Assembly: GCA_963621995.1 (NCBI GenBank)
Contig: CAVFFZ010000002.1
Coordinates: 41,166-105,165, forward strand
Reading direction: 5' to 3'
DNA from: Lachnospiraceae bacterium
Lineage (GTDB): Bacteria; Bacillota; Clostridia; TANB77; CAG-508
Length of the DNA: 64,000 bases
Below, piece after piece: positions 17,796 to 27,458 of this stretch. The notes beneath the pieces are model-generated. The model was not told the DNA's origin. It saw only the letters and a program-made list of their open reading frames with translations, and made no database searches. Position numbers and translations under genes: made by a program. Position 1 is the stretch's first letter. Every line of letters starts with the position of its first letter.

Positions 17796-19103
17796 ATGTC
17801 AAATAACGAAAAAGAGACAATTATTGAAATTAAAGATTTAGTTAAAGATTACAAAATGTTTTCAAAAAAACAAGATAGATTAATAGAAACAATTTTTCCA
17901 ATGATAAATAGACATTCTAATTTTAGAGCAATGAATAATCTAAATTTAGAAGTAAAAAAAGGTGAAGTACTCGGAATTCTTGGAAAAAATGGTGCAGGAA
18001 AATCAACACTTTTAAAAATGATTACAGGTGTTGTTATACCAACTAAAGGAAGTATACAAGTAAATGGAAAAATAAGTTCATTACTAGAATTAGGAACAGC
18101 ATTTAATCCTGAACTTACTGGTGAAGAAAACATTTATCAACATGGGCAAGTAATGGGACTTACAAGAAAAGAAATAGAAGCTAAAAAACAAGAAATTATA
18201 GATTTTGCAGATATAGGAGAACATTTATTACAACCAGTAAAAACATATTCTTCTGGTATGTTTGCAAGGTTAGCATTTGCATGTGCTATAAATGTAGATC
18301 CAGATGTTCTAATAGTAGATGAAGTTTTGTCTGTAGGCGATATGGCTTTCCAATTAAAATGTTTTAAGAAATTCCAAGATTTTAAACAAAGAGGAAAAAC
18401 TATTTTATTTGTAACTCATAATGTTTCAGATGTACTAAAAAACTGCACAAGAGTAATTATACTGGAAAATGGAACAAAAACATTTGATGGAGATACAAAA
18501 GATGGAGTAGAACTTTACAAAAAAATAATTACAGGAAATGCTACTAAAAAAGTCGAAGAAAGCGAGAATACTCAAAAATCAAATAACAAAGATAAAGTTG
18601 ACACAGAAAACAAAACTGTAAATACTTGGAAAAGCCATTTTGATGAAAATCCAAATTTAATAGAATATGGAAATAAAAAAGCAGAAGTTATAGATTATGG
18701 TATATTTGATGAAAAAGGCAATTTTTTATCAAGCATAGACAATGAAAAAGAAGTTGTACTAAAGTCAAAAATTAAATTTAATGAAACAATTGATAATCCT
18801 ATTTTTACTATGACAATAAAAGATTTTAACGGAATAGAAATTGTTGGAACAAATACAATGAATGAAAAAATTTATCCAGGAAAATTTGAAAAAGGAGACA
18901 TAGTTTCAGTAAGTTTCAAACAAAGATTACCATTAGCACCAAATAAATATACATTATCTTTTAGCTGCACATACATAAATGCTAAAGGAGAATTAGAAGT
19001 TTTAAATAGAAAATATGAAGCTTTATTAATTGAAGTAATATCTTCAAAAGATTCTGTGGGACTTTTAAGAATAGACCCTAAAATAGAAATTGTAAAAGAA
19101 TAA
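17796..19103 (+). CDS. ABC exporter ATPase (Wzt/TagH/RgpD-like) with C-terminal Wzt_C-like beta-sandwich domain
   Basis: Walker A GKNGAGKST, signature YSSGM, Walker B LIVDE. An extra domain of about 180 aa follows (...EVIDYGIFDEKG...IEIVGTNT...). Confidence 0.9.
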   Translation: MSNNEKETIIEIKDLVKDYKMFSKKQDRLIETIFPMINRHSNFRAMNNLNLEVKKGEVLGILGKNGAGKSTLLKMITGVVIPTKGSIQVNGKISSLLELGTAFNPELTGEENIYQHGQVMGLTRKEIEAKKQEIIDFADIGEHLLQPVKTYSSGMFARLAFACAINVDPDVLIVDEVLSVGDMAFQLKCFKKFQDFKQRGKTILFVTHNVSDVLKNCTRVIILENGTKTFDGDTKDGVELYKKIITGNATKKVEESENTQKSNNKDKVDTENKTVNTWKSHFDENPNLIEYGNKKAEVIDYGIFDEKGNFLSSIDNEKEVVLKSKIKFNETIDNPIFTMTIKDFNGIEIVGTNTMNEKIYPGKFEKGDIVSVSFKQRLPLAPNKYTLSFSCTYINAKGELEVLNRKYEALLIEVISSKDSVGLLRIDPKIEIVKE

Positions 19104-19119
19104 ATTAAAGGGGCATTAA

Positions 19120-20016
19120 ATGAAAAAAGAGAAAATAGTATCTATATTAGCAATAGTCTTATGCATTATTGCTATTGTAATATCTATAGTTAGGATATCA
19201 AATAAACATACCATAGAATTAACACAATTATCAGATCATTCTACAAGACAAATGATGGGATATATTTTAAAAACTAAAAACAATAAAATAATAGTTATAG
19301 ATGGCGGAACTATTGATGATACAGAAAATTTAGTAGAACAAATAAATAAACATGGTGGTAAAGTAGATGCATGGTTTCTAACTCATCTACATGATGACCA
19401 TCTTGGAGCTTTTTCTAATATAGCAAACGATGAACAAATACAAATAGAAAAAATTTATTGTTCATTTAATGACTATTCTTGGTATGAAGAAAATGAGCCA
19501 GCAAGAGCAGAGTTTTCAAAACAAATATTAGAAATATTAAAACAAGATAATATAAAAGACAAAGTTGAAGAAGTTAGTTTAAACCAAAATATTAATATAG
19601 ATGATTTAAAAATAGAAATATTAGGAATAAAAAATCCTGAAATAACTGAAAATGCAGGGAACGAACAAAGCATGGTAATTAAATTTGACACAAGAAAAAC
19701 CACTTTTTTAGTATTAGGAGATACAGGAGTAAAATCAAGTGAAAAATTACTTAATACTCAAAAAGAAAAATTGAAATCAGATATAGTACAAATGGCTCAT
19801 CACGGGCAAAATGGTGCAACAAAAGAGTTATATGAACAAATAAATCCTACAATATGTATGTGGCCAACACCAGAGTGGCTCTGGAACAATGATTCTGGGG
19901 AAGGGAAAGACTCTGGAACATGGAAAACATTAGAAACAAGACAATGGATGGAAGAACTAAAAGTAAAGAAAAACTATGTAGAAAAAGATGGAGACATTAC
20001 AATACAATTAAATTAA
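19120..20016 (+). CDS. Membrane-anchored, probably extracytoplasmic, MBL-fold metallo-hydrolase
   Basis: N-terminal TM helix. HxHxDH motif (THLHDDHLGAF) and a later HHG. Confidence 0.7.
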   Translation: MKKEKIVSILAIVLCIIAIVISIVRISNKHTIELTQLSDHSTRQMMGYILKTKNNKIIVIDGGTIDDTENLVEQINKHGGKVDAWFLTHLHDDHLGAFSNIANDEQIQIEKIYCSFNDYSWYEENEPARAEFSKQILEILKQDNIKDKVEEVSLNQNINIDDLKIEILGIKNPEITENAGNEQSMVIKFDTRKTTFLVLGDTGVKSSEKLLNTQKEKLKSDIVQMAHHGQNGATKELYEQINPTICMWPTPEWLWNNDSGEGKDSGTWKTLETRQWMEELKVKKNYVEKDGDITIQLN

Positions 20017-20037
20017 AATAGCTGAAAGGAAAACAAA

Positions 20038-21015
20038 ATGGAACAAATAGATATTATACTTGCAACATATAACGGCGAAAAATATTTAAAAGAACAATTA
20101 GATAGTATTTTAAATCAAACCTATACAAACTTTAGGCTTTTAATTTCAGATGATTGTTCACAAGACTCTACCAAAGAAATATTAAAGGAATATGAAGAAA
20201 AAGATAATAGAATAAAAGTTTTCTTTCAAGAAAAAAATTTAGGGTATGTTAAAAATTTTGAATTTTTGCTTACTAAAGTAGAAAGTAGTATATATGCACT
20301 TTCAGACCAAGATGATATATGGAATAAAGACAAAGTAGAAAAATCATATAACAAATTAAAAGAAGAAAATGCGGATTTAGTATTTACAGATTTAGAAATG
20401 ATAGACGAACAAGGAAGAACTATAAAAAATTCTTTTAACAATTATATGAAACTAACTAGAAAAATAGAAAAAACATTAAATTCATATGAATTAGTGTATT
20501 TATACAATTGTGTTACAGGTTGCACAATACTTGCAAAAACAGAAATGTTAAAAAAGATATTACCAATACCAAAAACATCAAAACATATGATACATGATTA
20601 CTGGATAGCAGTAATTACAGCATTAAATGGAAAAGTAACATATCTTAAAGAGACAACTATAAAGTATAGACAACATAGAAAAAATCAAATAGGTGCAAAC
20701 CATACAGTTTATAAATTCGATAAGTTTGAACAAGTAAGAAATCACTTAATAGATGTAAAGATAGGAGTTTTTGGAATATATGTAGAAAATAAAGAAAAAT
20801 TTCCTAAAGAATTACAAGCACAAAATGAAAAAGCATACAAATATTTTAAAGGGTTAAAACAAATTAAAAATATAAACTTTAGAAATATAAAAATATTTAA
20901 AAAATTATATAAAAATGAAACATTTAAGTATCGCTTAGAAAATTTTATGGTATTAAATATGCCAGCATTATCAAGGGTAATATACAATTTGAAAATAAAA
21001 GGAAAGGGAAAATAA
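20038..21015 (+). CDS. Glycosyltransferase family 2
   Basis: IDIILATYNGEKYLKEQLDSILNQTY...ISDDCSQD...DQDDIW. Paralog of 15914..16918. Confidence 0.85.
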   Translation: MEQIDIILATYNGEKYLKEQLDSILNQTYTNFRLLISDDCSQDSTKEILKEYEEKDNRIKVFFQEKNLGYVKNFEFLLTKVESSIYALSDQDDIWNKDKVEKSYNKLKEENADLVFTDLEMIDEQGRTIKNSFNNYMKLTRKIEKTLNSYELVYLYNCVTGCTILAKTEMLKKILPIPKTSKHMIHDYWIAVITALNGKVTYLKETTIKYRQHRKNQIGANHTVYKFDKFEQVRNHLIDVKIGVFGIYVENKEKFPKELQAQNEKAYKYFKGLKQIKNINFRNIKIFKKLYKNETFKYRLENFMVLNMPALSRVIYNLKIKGKGK

Positions 21016-21018
21016 TAT

Positions 21019-22695
21019 ATGCAAGAGTTACAATTAAAAGAATTATATAAAAATTCTGATTTTAGAAAAAATGTAATACATTGGTATCCTGTAAAAGAAA
21101 ATAGTAGTGTACTACAAATTGGATATGAGTCTATAAAAATAGTAGAAGAATTATATAGCAAATTTAAAAAAGTAACTATATGTGTTAATAATGAAGAAGA
21201 TAAAAAAGAAATACTAGAAAAATATAATAATTCAGAAATAACAATAATAGACAATTTAGATAAAATACCTGAAACAGAAGAATACGACTATGTTACATTA
21301 ATAGGAACCTTAGAAATATATAAAGATATAGTAGAAGAAAAAGCATATAAAAGATTGGAAAAAATGCTAAACATAGCTAAAAAAGCTTGTAAAGAAGATG
21401 GAAAAATACTCTTAGCATTAGATAACAAATATGGAATGAAATTCTGGACAACTATGTATGCTCAAAAAAATATACTTTGTAACCAAACTTTTGCAATAAG
21501 CAAAACAATGATAAATAAATTGCTAGAGAAGCTTAATTTAACTAATTATAAATACTATTACATGTTGCCAGACTATAAAATAGCAAATGTAATTTTTACA
21601 GACAATTATCTTCCAAATATAGAAAGCATAAGTAGAAACTTTACCTATGGAGAAGAGGATTTTACAACATTTAATCAAACAGAAGCATATGGAGAAATAT
21701 TAAAAGAAAACACAAAATTATTTAAACTATATGCAAATTCATATTTTGTAGAAATTTCAAAACAAGAACTTGCAGATAATAATATAAAATTTGTATCATA
21801 TACAAATATTAGACAAAATGAATTTAGTATACAAACTACAATATTTAATAATAGAGTTGAAAAAACATATTTAACTGAAAAATCAAAGCAACATATAGAA
21901 AATATGAAAAAAAATATAGATATAATGAATGAAAAAGGCATAAAAACATTAGATTTTTATGAAAAAGAAAAAATAATAAGTAAATTTGTAAGTAATGTTA
22001 AAACTTATGATAAAATATTACTTGAATATTTAGAAAAAGGAGATAACGAAGGTTTTTTTGAAAAAATAAGAGACTACAAAAAGTTTCTAATAGAAAAACT
22101 TGAAAAAATAAATTACAACGATATAAAAGAAAATAACATTTTTACTAAATATGAAATTAAAATAGAAGAAAATACAGCTAATAAATTCAATTTTGTAAAA
22201 AATGGACTATGGGATATGATTTTCCAAAACATATTTTATATAGAAAATGAAATGTACTTTTACGATCAAGAATGGTATGATGAAAATGTTCCAGTTGAGT
22301 ATATAATATACAGAACAATTGCGTACTTTGCAAATGCTCATGAATATATAAAAACTGAAGAATTATATAAGAAGTTAGAATTAAACGAATATATAAATAT
22401 TTTTGAAGAATTAGATACTAAAATACAATTAAAAATAAGAAATGAAAAAATGTGGGAACTACATAACAGTACTAGAACAGGACAAACATTGCTAGATTCA
22501 TATAAAAATTTACAAAATGAATATGAAGAATATAATAAGAAAATAAAAGTAGCTAGAACAAAAGAAATATTATTAGAAAATGAAAAATTAAAAAGTGAAA
22601 ATGATGGACTAAAACAAATGAATCAAAAAATATTAAATTCAACATCATGGAAACTAACTAAACCAATTCGTTGGTTAGGGAAAAAGATTAAATAA
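21019..22695 (+). CDS. Methyltransferase-fold-like N-terminal domain with a long C-terminal coiled coil; candidate chain-terminator/ruler (WbdD-like role)
   Basis: The N-terminal region resembles a class I MTase but has a degenerate G-loop (VLQIGYES). The C-terminus is a heptad-rich helix ending STSWKLTKPIRWLGKK. Confidence 0.4.
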   Translation: MQELQLKELYKNSDFRKNVIHWYPVKENSSVLQIGYESIKIVEELYSKFKKVTICVNNEEDKKEILEKYNNSEITIIDNLDKIPETEEYDYVTLIGTLEIYKDIVEEKAYKRLEKMLNIAKKACKEDGKILLALDNKYGMKFWTTMYAQKNILCNQTFAISKTMINKLLEKLNLTNYKYYYMLPDYKIANVIFTDNYLPNIESISRNFTYGEEDFTTFNQTEAYGEILKENTKLFKLYANSYFVEISKQELADNNIKFVSYTNIRQNEFSIQTTIFNNRVEKTYLTEKSKQHIENMKKNIDIMNEKGIKTLDFYEKEKIISKFVSNVKTYDKILLEYLEKGDNEGFFEKIRDYKKFLIEKLEKINYNDIKENNIFTKYEIKIEENTANKFNFVKNGLWDMIFQNIFYIENEMYFYDQEWYDENVPVEYIIYRTIAYFANAHEYIKTEELYKKLELNEYINIFEELDTKIQLKIRNEKMWELHNSTRTGQTLLDSYKNLQNEYEEYNKKIKVARTKEILLENEKLKSENDGLKQMNQKILNSTSWKLTKPIRWLGKKIK

Positions 22696-22744
22696 GATTA
22701 TTTACTAGAAAGGAGAAAAGCTATATAAGTAGCTGAATTACAAA

Positions 22745-24577
22745 ATGAGAATAAAAAATATTATAAACAGAACAAGATATTATTTTAAAAAATATGGATT
22801 TATAAAAACTGTGAAAAAGATAATATCAAAATTATATGCAAAAATATTCAAAGGGGAACAATTAAAAAACTTACAGAGTGAGAGGGAAAAATATCAAACA
22901 TGGATAGCAAATAATGAACCAAATGAACAAGAACTAGAGGAACAAAGAAACACGAAATTTAAAATTGAACCTAAATTTAGTATAGTTGTTCCTATGTATA
23001 ATACACCTGTAAATTTCTTTGAAGAATTAGTAGATTGTTTAATTAACCAAACATATTCTAATTGGGAATTGTGTTTAGCAGATGGAAGTACAGAAAAGAA
23101 CAAAGAATTAGAACTTATAATAAATAAAGATTCTAGAATTAAATACAAATTTATAGATGAAAATAAAGGAATTTCTGGAAACACAAACGAAGCACTTACT
23201 TTAGCTACTGGTGATTATATAGCATTAGTGGACCATGATGATTTACTTCCAATATTTTGTTTATATGAACTTGCAAAGACTATAAATGAAAATCCAAATG
23301 TAGAATTCATTTATACAGACGAAGACAAAATAGAAGGAACTAAAGAAAATAGGTGTGATCCTCATTTTAAACCGGATTTTGCACCAGATACTTTAAGAGC
23401 TAATAACTATATAACTCATTTATCTGTTTTCAAAAAAGAATTAATGGAAAAACTAGGTGGCTTTAGAGAAAAATACAATGGAGCTCAAGACTTTGATATA
23501 ATAACAAGAGCATGTGAATTAACAAAAAATATAATTCATATTCCTAAAGTGCTATATCATTGGAGAGTACATCCAAACTCAACAGCAATGGTAGCAGATG
23601 CAAAACCATATGCATATGAAGCAGGAATAAAAGTTATAGAAGACCATTTAGAAAGACAAGGATTAAAAGCAAAAGTTACACATGGAGGAGACATTCCAGG
23701 TGTGTATGAAGTAGAATATGAAGTTATAGGAAATCCTAAAGTTACAATAATTATACCAAACAAAGATAGTGTAAAATTATTAAAGAATTGTATAAATTCA
23801 ATATTGAAACTAACTACTTACAATAACTATGAAATACTAATAGTTGAAAACAATAGTACAGAAGAAAAAACATTCGAATATTATAAAGAACTAGAAAAAT
23901 CAGAAAAAGTAAGAGTAATAGAGTATAAAGAAAAGGGATTTAATTACTCTAAAATAATAAATTTTGGAGTTAAAAATTGTGAAGGAAGCGAATTTGTTGT
24001 ACAATTAAATAGTGATACAGAACTTTTAACACCAAATTGGTTAGAAAAATTTATAGGGTATGCACAAAGAAAAGATGTAGGAGCAGTAGGAGCAAGGTTA
24101 TACTATGAAGATAAATCTATACAACATGCTGGAATAGGAATAGGAATTTGTGATTTAGCAGCTAACTTACTTACAAATACACCTAAAAATTTTCATGCTT
24201 ATTTTGGAAGAGAGTGCTTACCACAAAACTTATCTGCAGTAACAGGTGCATGTTTATTTTCTAAAAGAAGTATTTATGCAGAAGTAGGATATATGGATGA
24301 AGAAAATTTTGCAGTAGCATTTAATGATGTGGATTTTTGCTTAAAAATTAGACAAGCAGGATATTTAATAGTATATAACCCATATATAGAGTTTATACAT
24401 TACGAATCTAAAACAAGAGGGTATGAAGATACTCCAGAAAAGAAAGCAAGATTTGAAAGAGAATCCAATAATTTTAGAACAAAATGGAGAAAAGTATTAG
24501 ATGCAGGTGACCCATATTCAAACATAAATTTTGACAAAAACACTGCTCAATACAATATAAGAACAGACAAAATATAA
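22745..24577 (+). CDS. Two-domain glycosyltransferase (tandem GT2 modules)
   Basis: FSIVVPMYNT...DHDD and VTIIIPNKDS...NSDTE are two GT-A modules in one 610-aa protein. Confidence 0.85.
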   Translation: MRIKNIINRTRYYFKKYGFIKTVKKIISKLYAKIFKGEQLKNLQSEREKYQTWIANNEPNEQELEEQRNTKFKIEPKFSIVVPMYNTPVNFFEELVDCLINQTYSNWELCLADGSTEKNKELELIINKDSRIKYKFIDENKGISGNTNEALTLATGDYIALVDHDDLLPIFCLYELAKTINENPNVEFIYTDEDKIEGTKENRCDPHFKPDFAPDTLRANNYITHLSVFKKELMEKLGGFREKYNGAQDFDIITRACELTKNIIHIPKVLYHWRVHPNSTAMVADAKPYAYEAGIKVIEDHLERQGLKAKVTHGGDIPGVYEVEYEVIGNPKVTIIIPNKDSVKLLKNCINSILKLTTYNNYEILIVENNSTEEKTFEYYKELEKSEKVRVIEYKEKGFNYSKIINFGVKNCEGSEFVVQLNSDTELLTPNWLEKFIGYAQRKDVGAVGARLYYEDKSIQHAGIGIGICDLAANLLTNTPKNFHAYFGRECLPQNLSAVTGACLFSKRSIYAEVGYMDEENFAVAFNDVDFCLKIRQAGYLIVYNPYIEFIHYESKTRGYEDTPEKKARFERESNNFRTKWRKVLDAGDPYSNINFDKNTAQYNIRTDKI

Positions 24578-24597
24578 ATTATTTAAGGAGTAATGTA

Positions 24598-26322
24598 ATG
24601 ATGAAAGTATTTTCTAAGAGAAATATTACAATATACACTATACTTATTTTTATTGTAATGATGTTGACGTTTGAAGTTGGTTTCTGCAATGTACAAGTTA
24701 TACATCAATTTCTACATAATGAAGAAGTTACATACAATTTTTCATTATGTAGAATAGTAGTGTATTTGCTATTTATAATAATATATTGTGTATTCAAAAA
24801 TAAGTTTTTAGAAGTAGCAGAAGAAACTTTAAAAAATAAATTAAAAAGAATAATAACATATGTAGCAATAATAGGAGCATTAATATATTCAGTTTGGTTT
24901 TTAAGATATGCAATGCAAAATGGTAGTGACTATGTTAGATTTTGTTCTGTTAGAATTATATTAGCACTAATGACAACATTATTTGTTATATATATTTCAA
25001 AGGATGTGTGTAAGAATGTAATAGTAACTGCATGTACATTTGGAATTGTTTTTACATTTACAACAAATTATAACCATGCAATAGATGAAAAAAAGCATTT
25101 TATGTCAGCGTTAAATGTTTCATTTTTGAACTTTAATTATGTAGACAATCCAATTACAGATACTGAAATAGAAAAACTACCACAAGTAACAAGCTATGTT
25201 AGTATTGATGACTTTTTAAAAAATGATTATGTTCCATCAATAACTGATAACGTTAATAAAGAAGATACACCATCTACTCCAGCAACTTATAATGTGTTGG
25301 TATATATTTTTCCAGGGTTGGGAATAGCAATAGCTAGAACATTAAATGGAAGTATAATAGATATGTATATATTAGGAAGAATAATGAACTTAATAATATA
25401 CACCATTCTAGTATATATTGCTATGAGATTACTTCCTTTTAAAAAGAACATATTTTTTATAATAGCATTTATGCCATTTATGCTATTATTAGCAGCATCT
25501 TATTCAGCAGACGGAATGTGTTTAGGAACTATATATATTTTTACAGCATATTGTTTTAAACTTTATAAGGAAAATGAAACAATTTCACTAAAACAATTTA
25601 TAATTGCCATAGCTTTATTTGTACTTATGTTAGTAGGAAAAGGAATTGGATATATACCAATTGCGGTATTACTCTTAATATTGCCTTTAATAAAGACAAT
25701 AAAAAACAACAAAAAATATTGGCCAGTAATGATAACATGTGGAATTATATTTATAATTTTAGCTATATTTAGTTTTATATATATGAAAAACAATATGTTA
25801 TCTACAGAAGGAGACAATAGAGGAGAAGTTGGAATAAATAGTGTAGAACAATTTAAAGTAATTTTGACTAATCCAATATTAGATATAAAAGTAGCAATTA
25901 ACCATATACGAAATACATTGTTAAATTTTGATTGGATAAAAACATTACAACAAGATGTATTTTTTACAACAGATTATTCGGGAAATGTAATGCTTGTAAC
26001 ATTAATTTTTATTCTTTTTGTTGCATTAACAGAAGATGACCATAATTTTAAAATGAAAGATAAAATTGTATTAGCACTAGCTTTTATGTTGTCTTATGGA
26101 ATGACAAGTGCAGTGTTATATTTAACTTTTACACCAGTAGGAGAATTGTACATTTTGGGATACCAAGCTAGATATATATTCCCAATATTACCACTAATAT
26201 TATGCTGTATTTCAAACAATAAAGTGAAATGTGAAAAAAGTGAAAATAGAAATATGAAGATTGCCATAATTTCTGGTGCATTTCAAGTAATAGGTTTAAT
26301 ATTATTAACGAGTATTAAATAA
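24598..26322 (+). CDS. Large polytopic membrane protein, candidate GT-C-type glycosyltransferase
   Basis: 574 aa with more than 10 predicted TM segments. RBS aaggag. Lies immediately upstream of the polyprenyl-P-sugar synthase-like GT2. Confidence 0.55.
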   Translation: MMKVFSKRNITIYTILIFIVMMLTFEVGFCNVQVIHQFLHNEEVTYNFSLCRIVVYLLFIIIYCVFKNKFLEVAEETLKNKLKRIITYVAIIGALIYSVWFLRYAMQNGSDYVRFCSVRIILALMTTLFVIYISKDVCKNVIVTACTFGIVFTFTTNYNHAIDEKKHFMSALNVSFLNFNYVDNPITDTEIEKLPQVTSYVSIDDFLKNDYVPSITDNVNKEDTPSTPATYNVLVYIFPGLGIAIARTLNGSIIDMYILGRIMNLIIYTILVYIAMRLLPFKKNIFFIIAFMPFMLLLAASYSADGMCLGTIYIFTAYCFKLYKENETISLKQFIIAIALFVLMLVGKGIGYIPIAVLLLILPLIKTIKNNKKYWPVMITCGIIFIILAIFSFIYMKNNMLSTEGDNRGEVGINSVEQFKVILTNPILDIKVAINHIRNTLLNFDWIKTLQQDVFFTTDYSGNVMLVTLIFILFVALTEDDHNFKMKDKIVLALAFMLSYGMTSAVLYLTFTPVGELYILGYQARYIFPILPLILCCISNNKVKCEKSENRNMKIAIISGAFQVIGLILLTSIK

Positions 26323-26350
26323 AAAATATATAAGAAGAGGAAAAAATATA

Positions 26351-27067
26351 ATGAAAATTTTACTAATAATACCAGCATACAATGAACAAGACAATATATT
26401 AAAAGTATGTAATATAATAAAAGAATATAATGAAAAAAATGAACAAAAATTAGATTATATTGTAATAAATGATGGTTCAAGTGATAATACATTAAAAATA
26501 TTACAAGAAAATAATATAAATCATATAAACTTAATAAACAATTTAGGAATTGGTGGAGCAGTCCAAACTGGTTATAAATATGCATATGAATGTGGGTATG
26601 ACATTGCAGTTCAATTTGATGGAGATGGACAACATGATGTAAACTGTGTTCCACTTATATGTGAACCAATTATAAAAGGACAAGCAGATTTAGTAGTAGG
26701 AAGTCGATATTTAGATAAATCATCTAGCCAGTTCCAATCTACATTTATGAGAAGACTAGGCGGAAATATAATTTCTTTCTTTATAAAAATATGCACTGGA
26801 AAGAAAATTGCAGACCCTACATCTGGTTTTAGAGCAGCCAATAAAGCAATAATTAAGGAATTTGCTAAAGAATATCCAACAGAATATCCAGAACCAGAAT
26901 CAAGTGTTACAGCTATAATTAATAGGTATAAAATAGAAGAAATACCTGTTAATATGAATGAAAGAACAGCAGGAAAATCCTCAATTCGTTTTTTAAAAAC
27001 AGCAGATTATATGATAAAAGTATGCTTAGCTATTATATTAGATAGCCTAAGAAAAAGGAGAAATTAA
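26351..27067 (+). CDS. GT2 polyprenyl-phosphate glycosyl synthase-like (DPM1/GtrB/GacI-like, soluble form)
   Basis: LLIIPAYNEQDNI...VINDGSSDNT...FDGDGQHD. Confidence 0.8.
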   Translation: MKILLIIPAYNEQDNILKVCNIIKEYNEKNEQKLDYIVINDGSSDNTLKILQENNINHINLINNLGIGGAVQTGYKYAYECGYDIAVQFDGDGQHDVNCVPLICEPIIKGQADLVVGSRYLDKSSSQFQSTFMRRLGGNIISFFIKICTGKKIADPTSGFRAANKAIIKEFAKEYPTEYPEPESSVTAIINRYKIEEIPVNMNERTAGKSSIRFLKTADYMIKVCLAIILDSLRKRRN

Positions 27068-27069
27068 AA

Positions 27070-27426
27070 ATGACAATATCTTTAAAATTAGTATTAATAG
27101 TAATAACACTAATCTATATATTTTTTATATTAAAGTCTATAAAAAAGAAAAAATTGCAAATGTCATTTTCATTATTCTGGATTATTACAGGAATTTTATT
27201 AATAATAGCACTTGCAATTCCAAACTTAGTAGAAAATATTTCTAAAATGTTAGGATTTGAAGTACCAGCAAATATGATATTTTGTTTAACAATATTTGTG
27301 TCATTTTATTTAATATTTAGTTTGACAGTAGCGTTGTCAAAAGAAAATAAGAAAAATACATTATTAATACAAGAAGTTTCTTTACTAAAAAAGAGAGTAG
27401 ATGAACTAGAAAAAAGTAAAAAATAG
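27070..27426 (+). CDS. DUF2304 small membrane protein (GacJ-like partner of the preceding GT2)
   Basis: 118 aa with 3 TM segments and a C-terminal amphipathic helix. Start lies 3 nt after the GT2 stop. Confidence 0.65.
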   Translation: MTISLKLVLIVITLIYIFFILKSIKKKKLQMSFSLFWIITGILLIIALAIPNLVENISKMLGFEVPANMIFCLTIFVSFYLIFSLTVALSKENKKNTLLIQEVSLLKKRVDELEKSKK

Positions 27427-27458
27427 AATAATGCAAAAGAAAAATATAGAGGTGAGAA

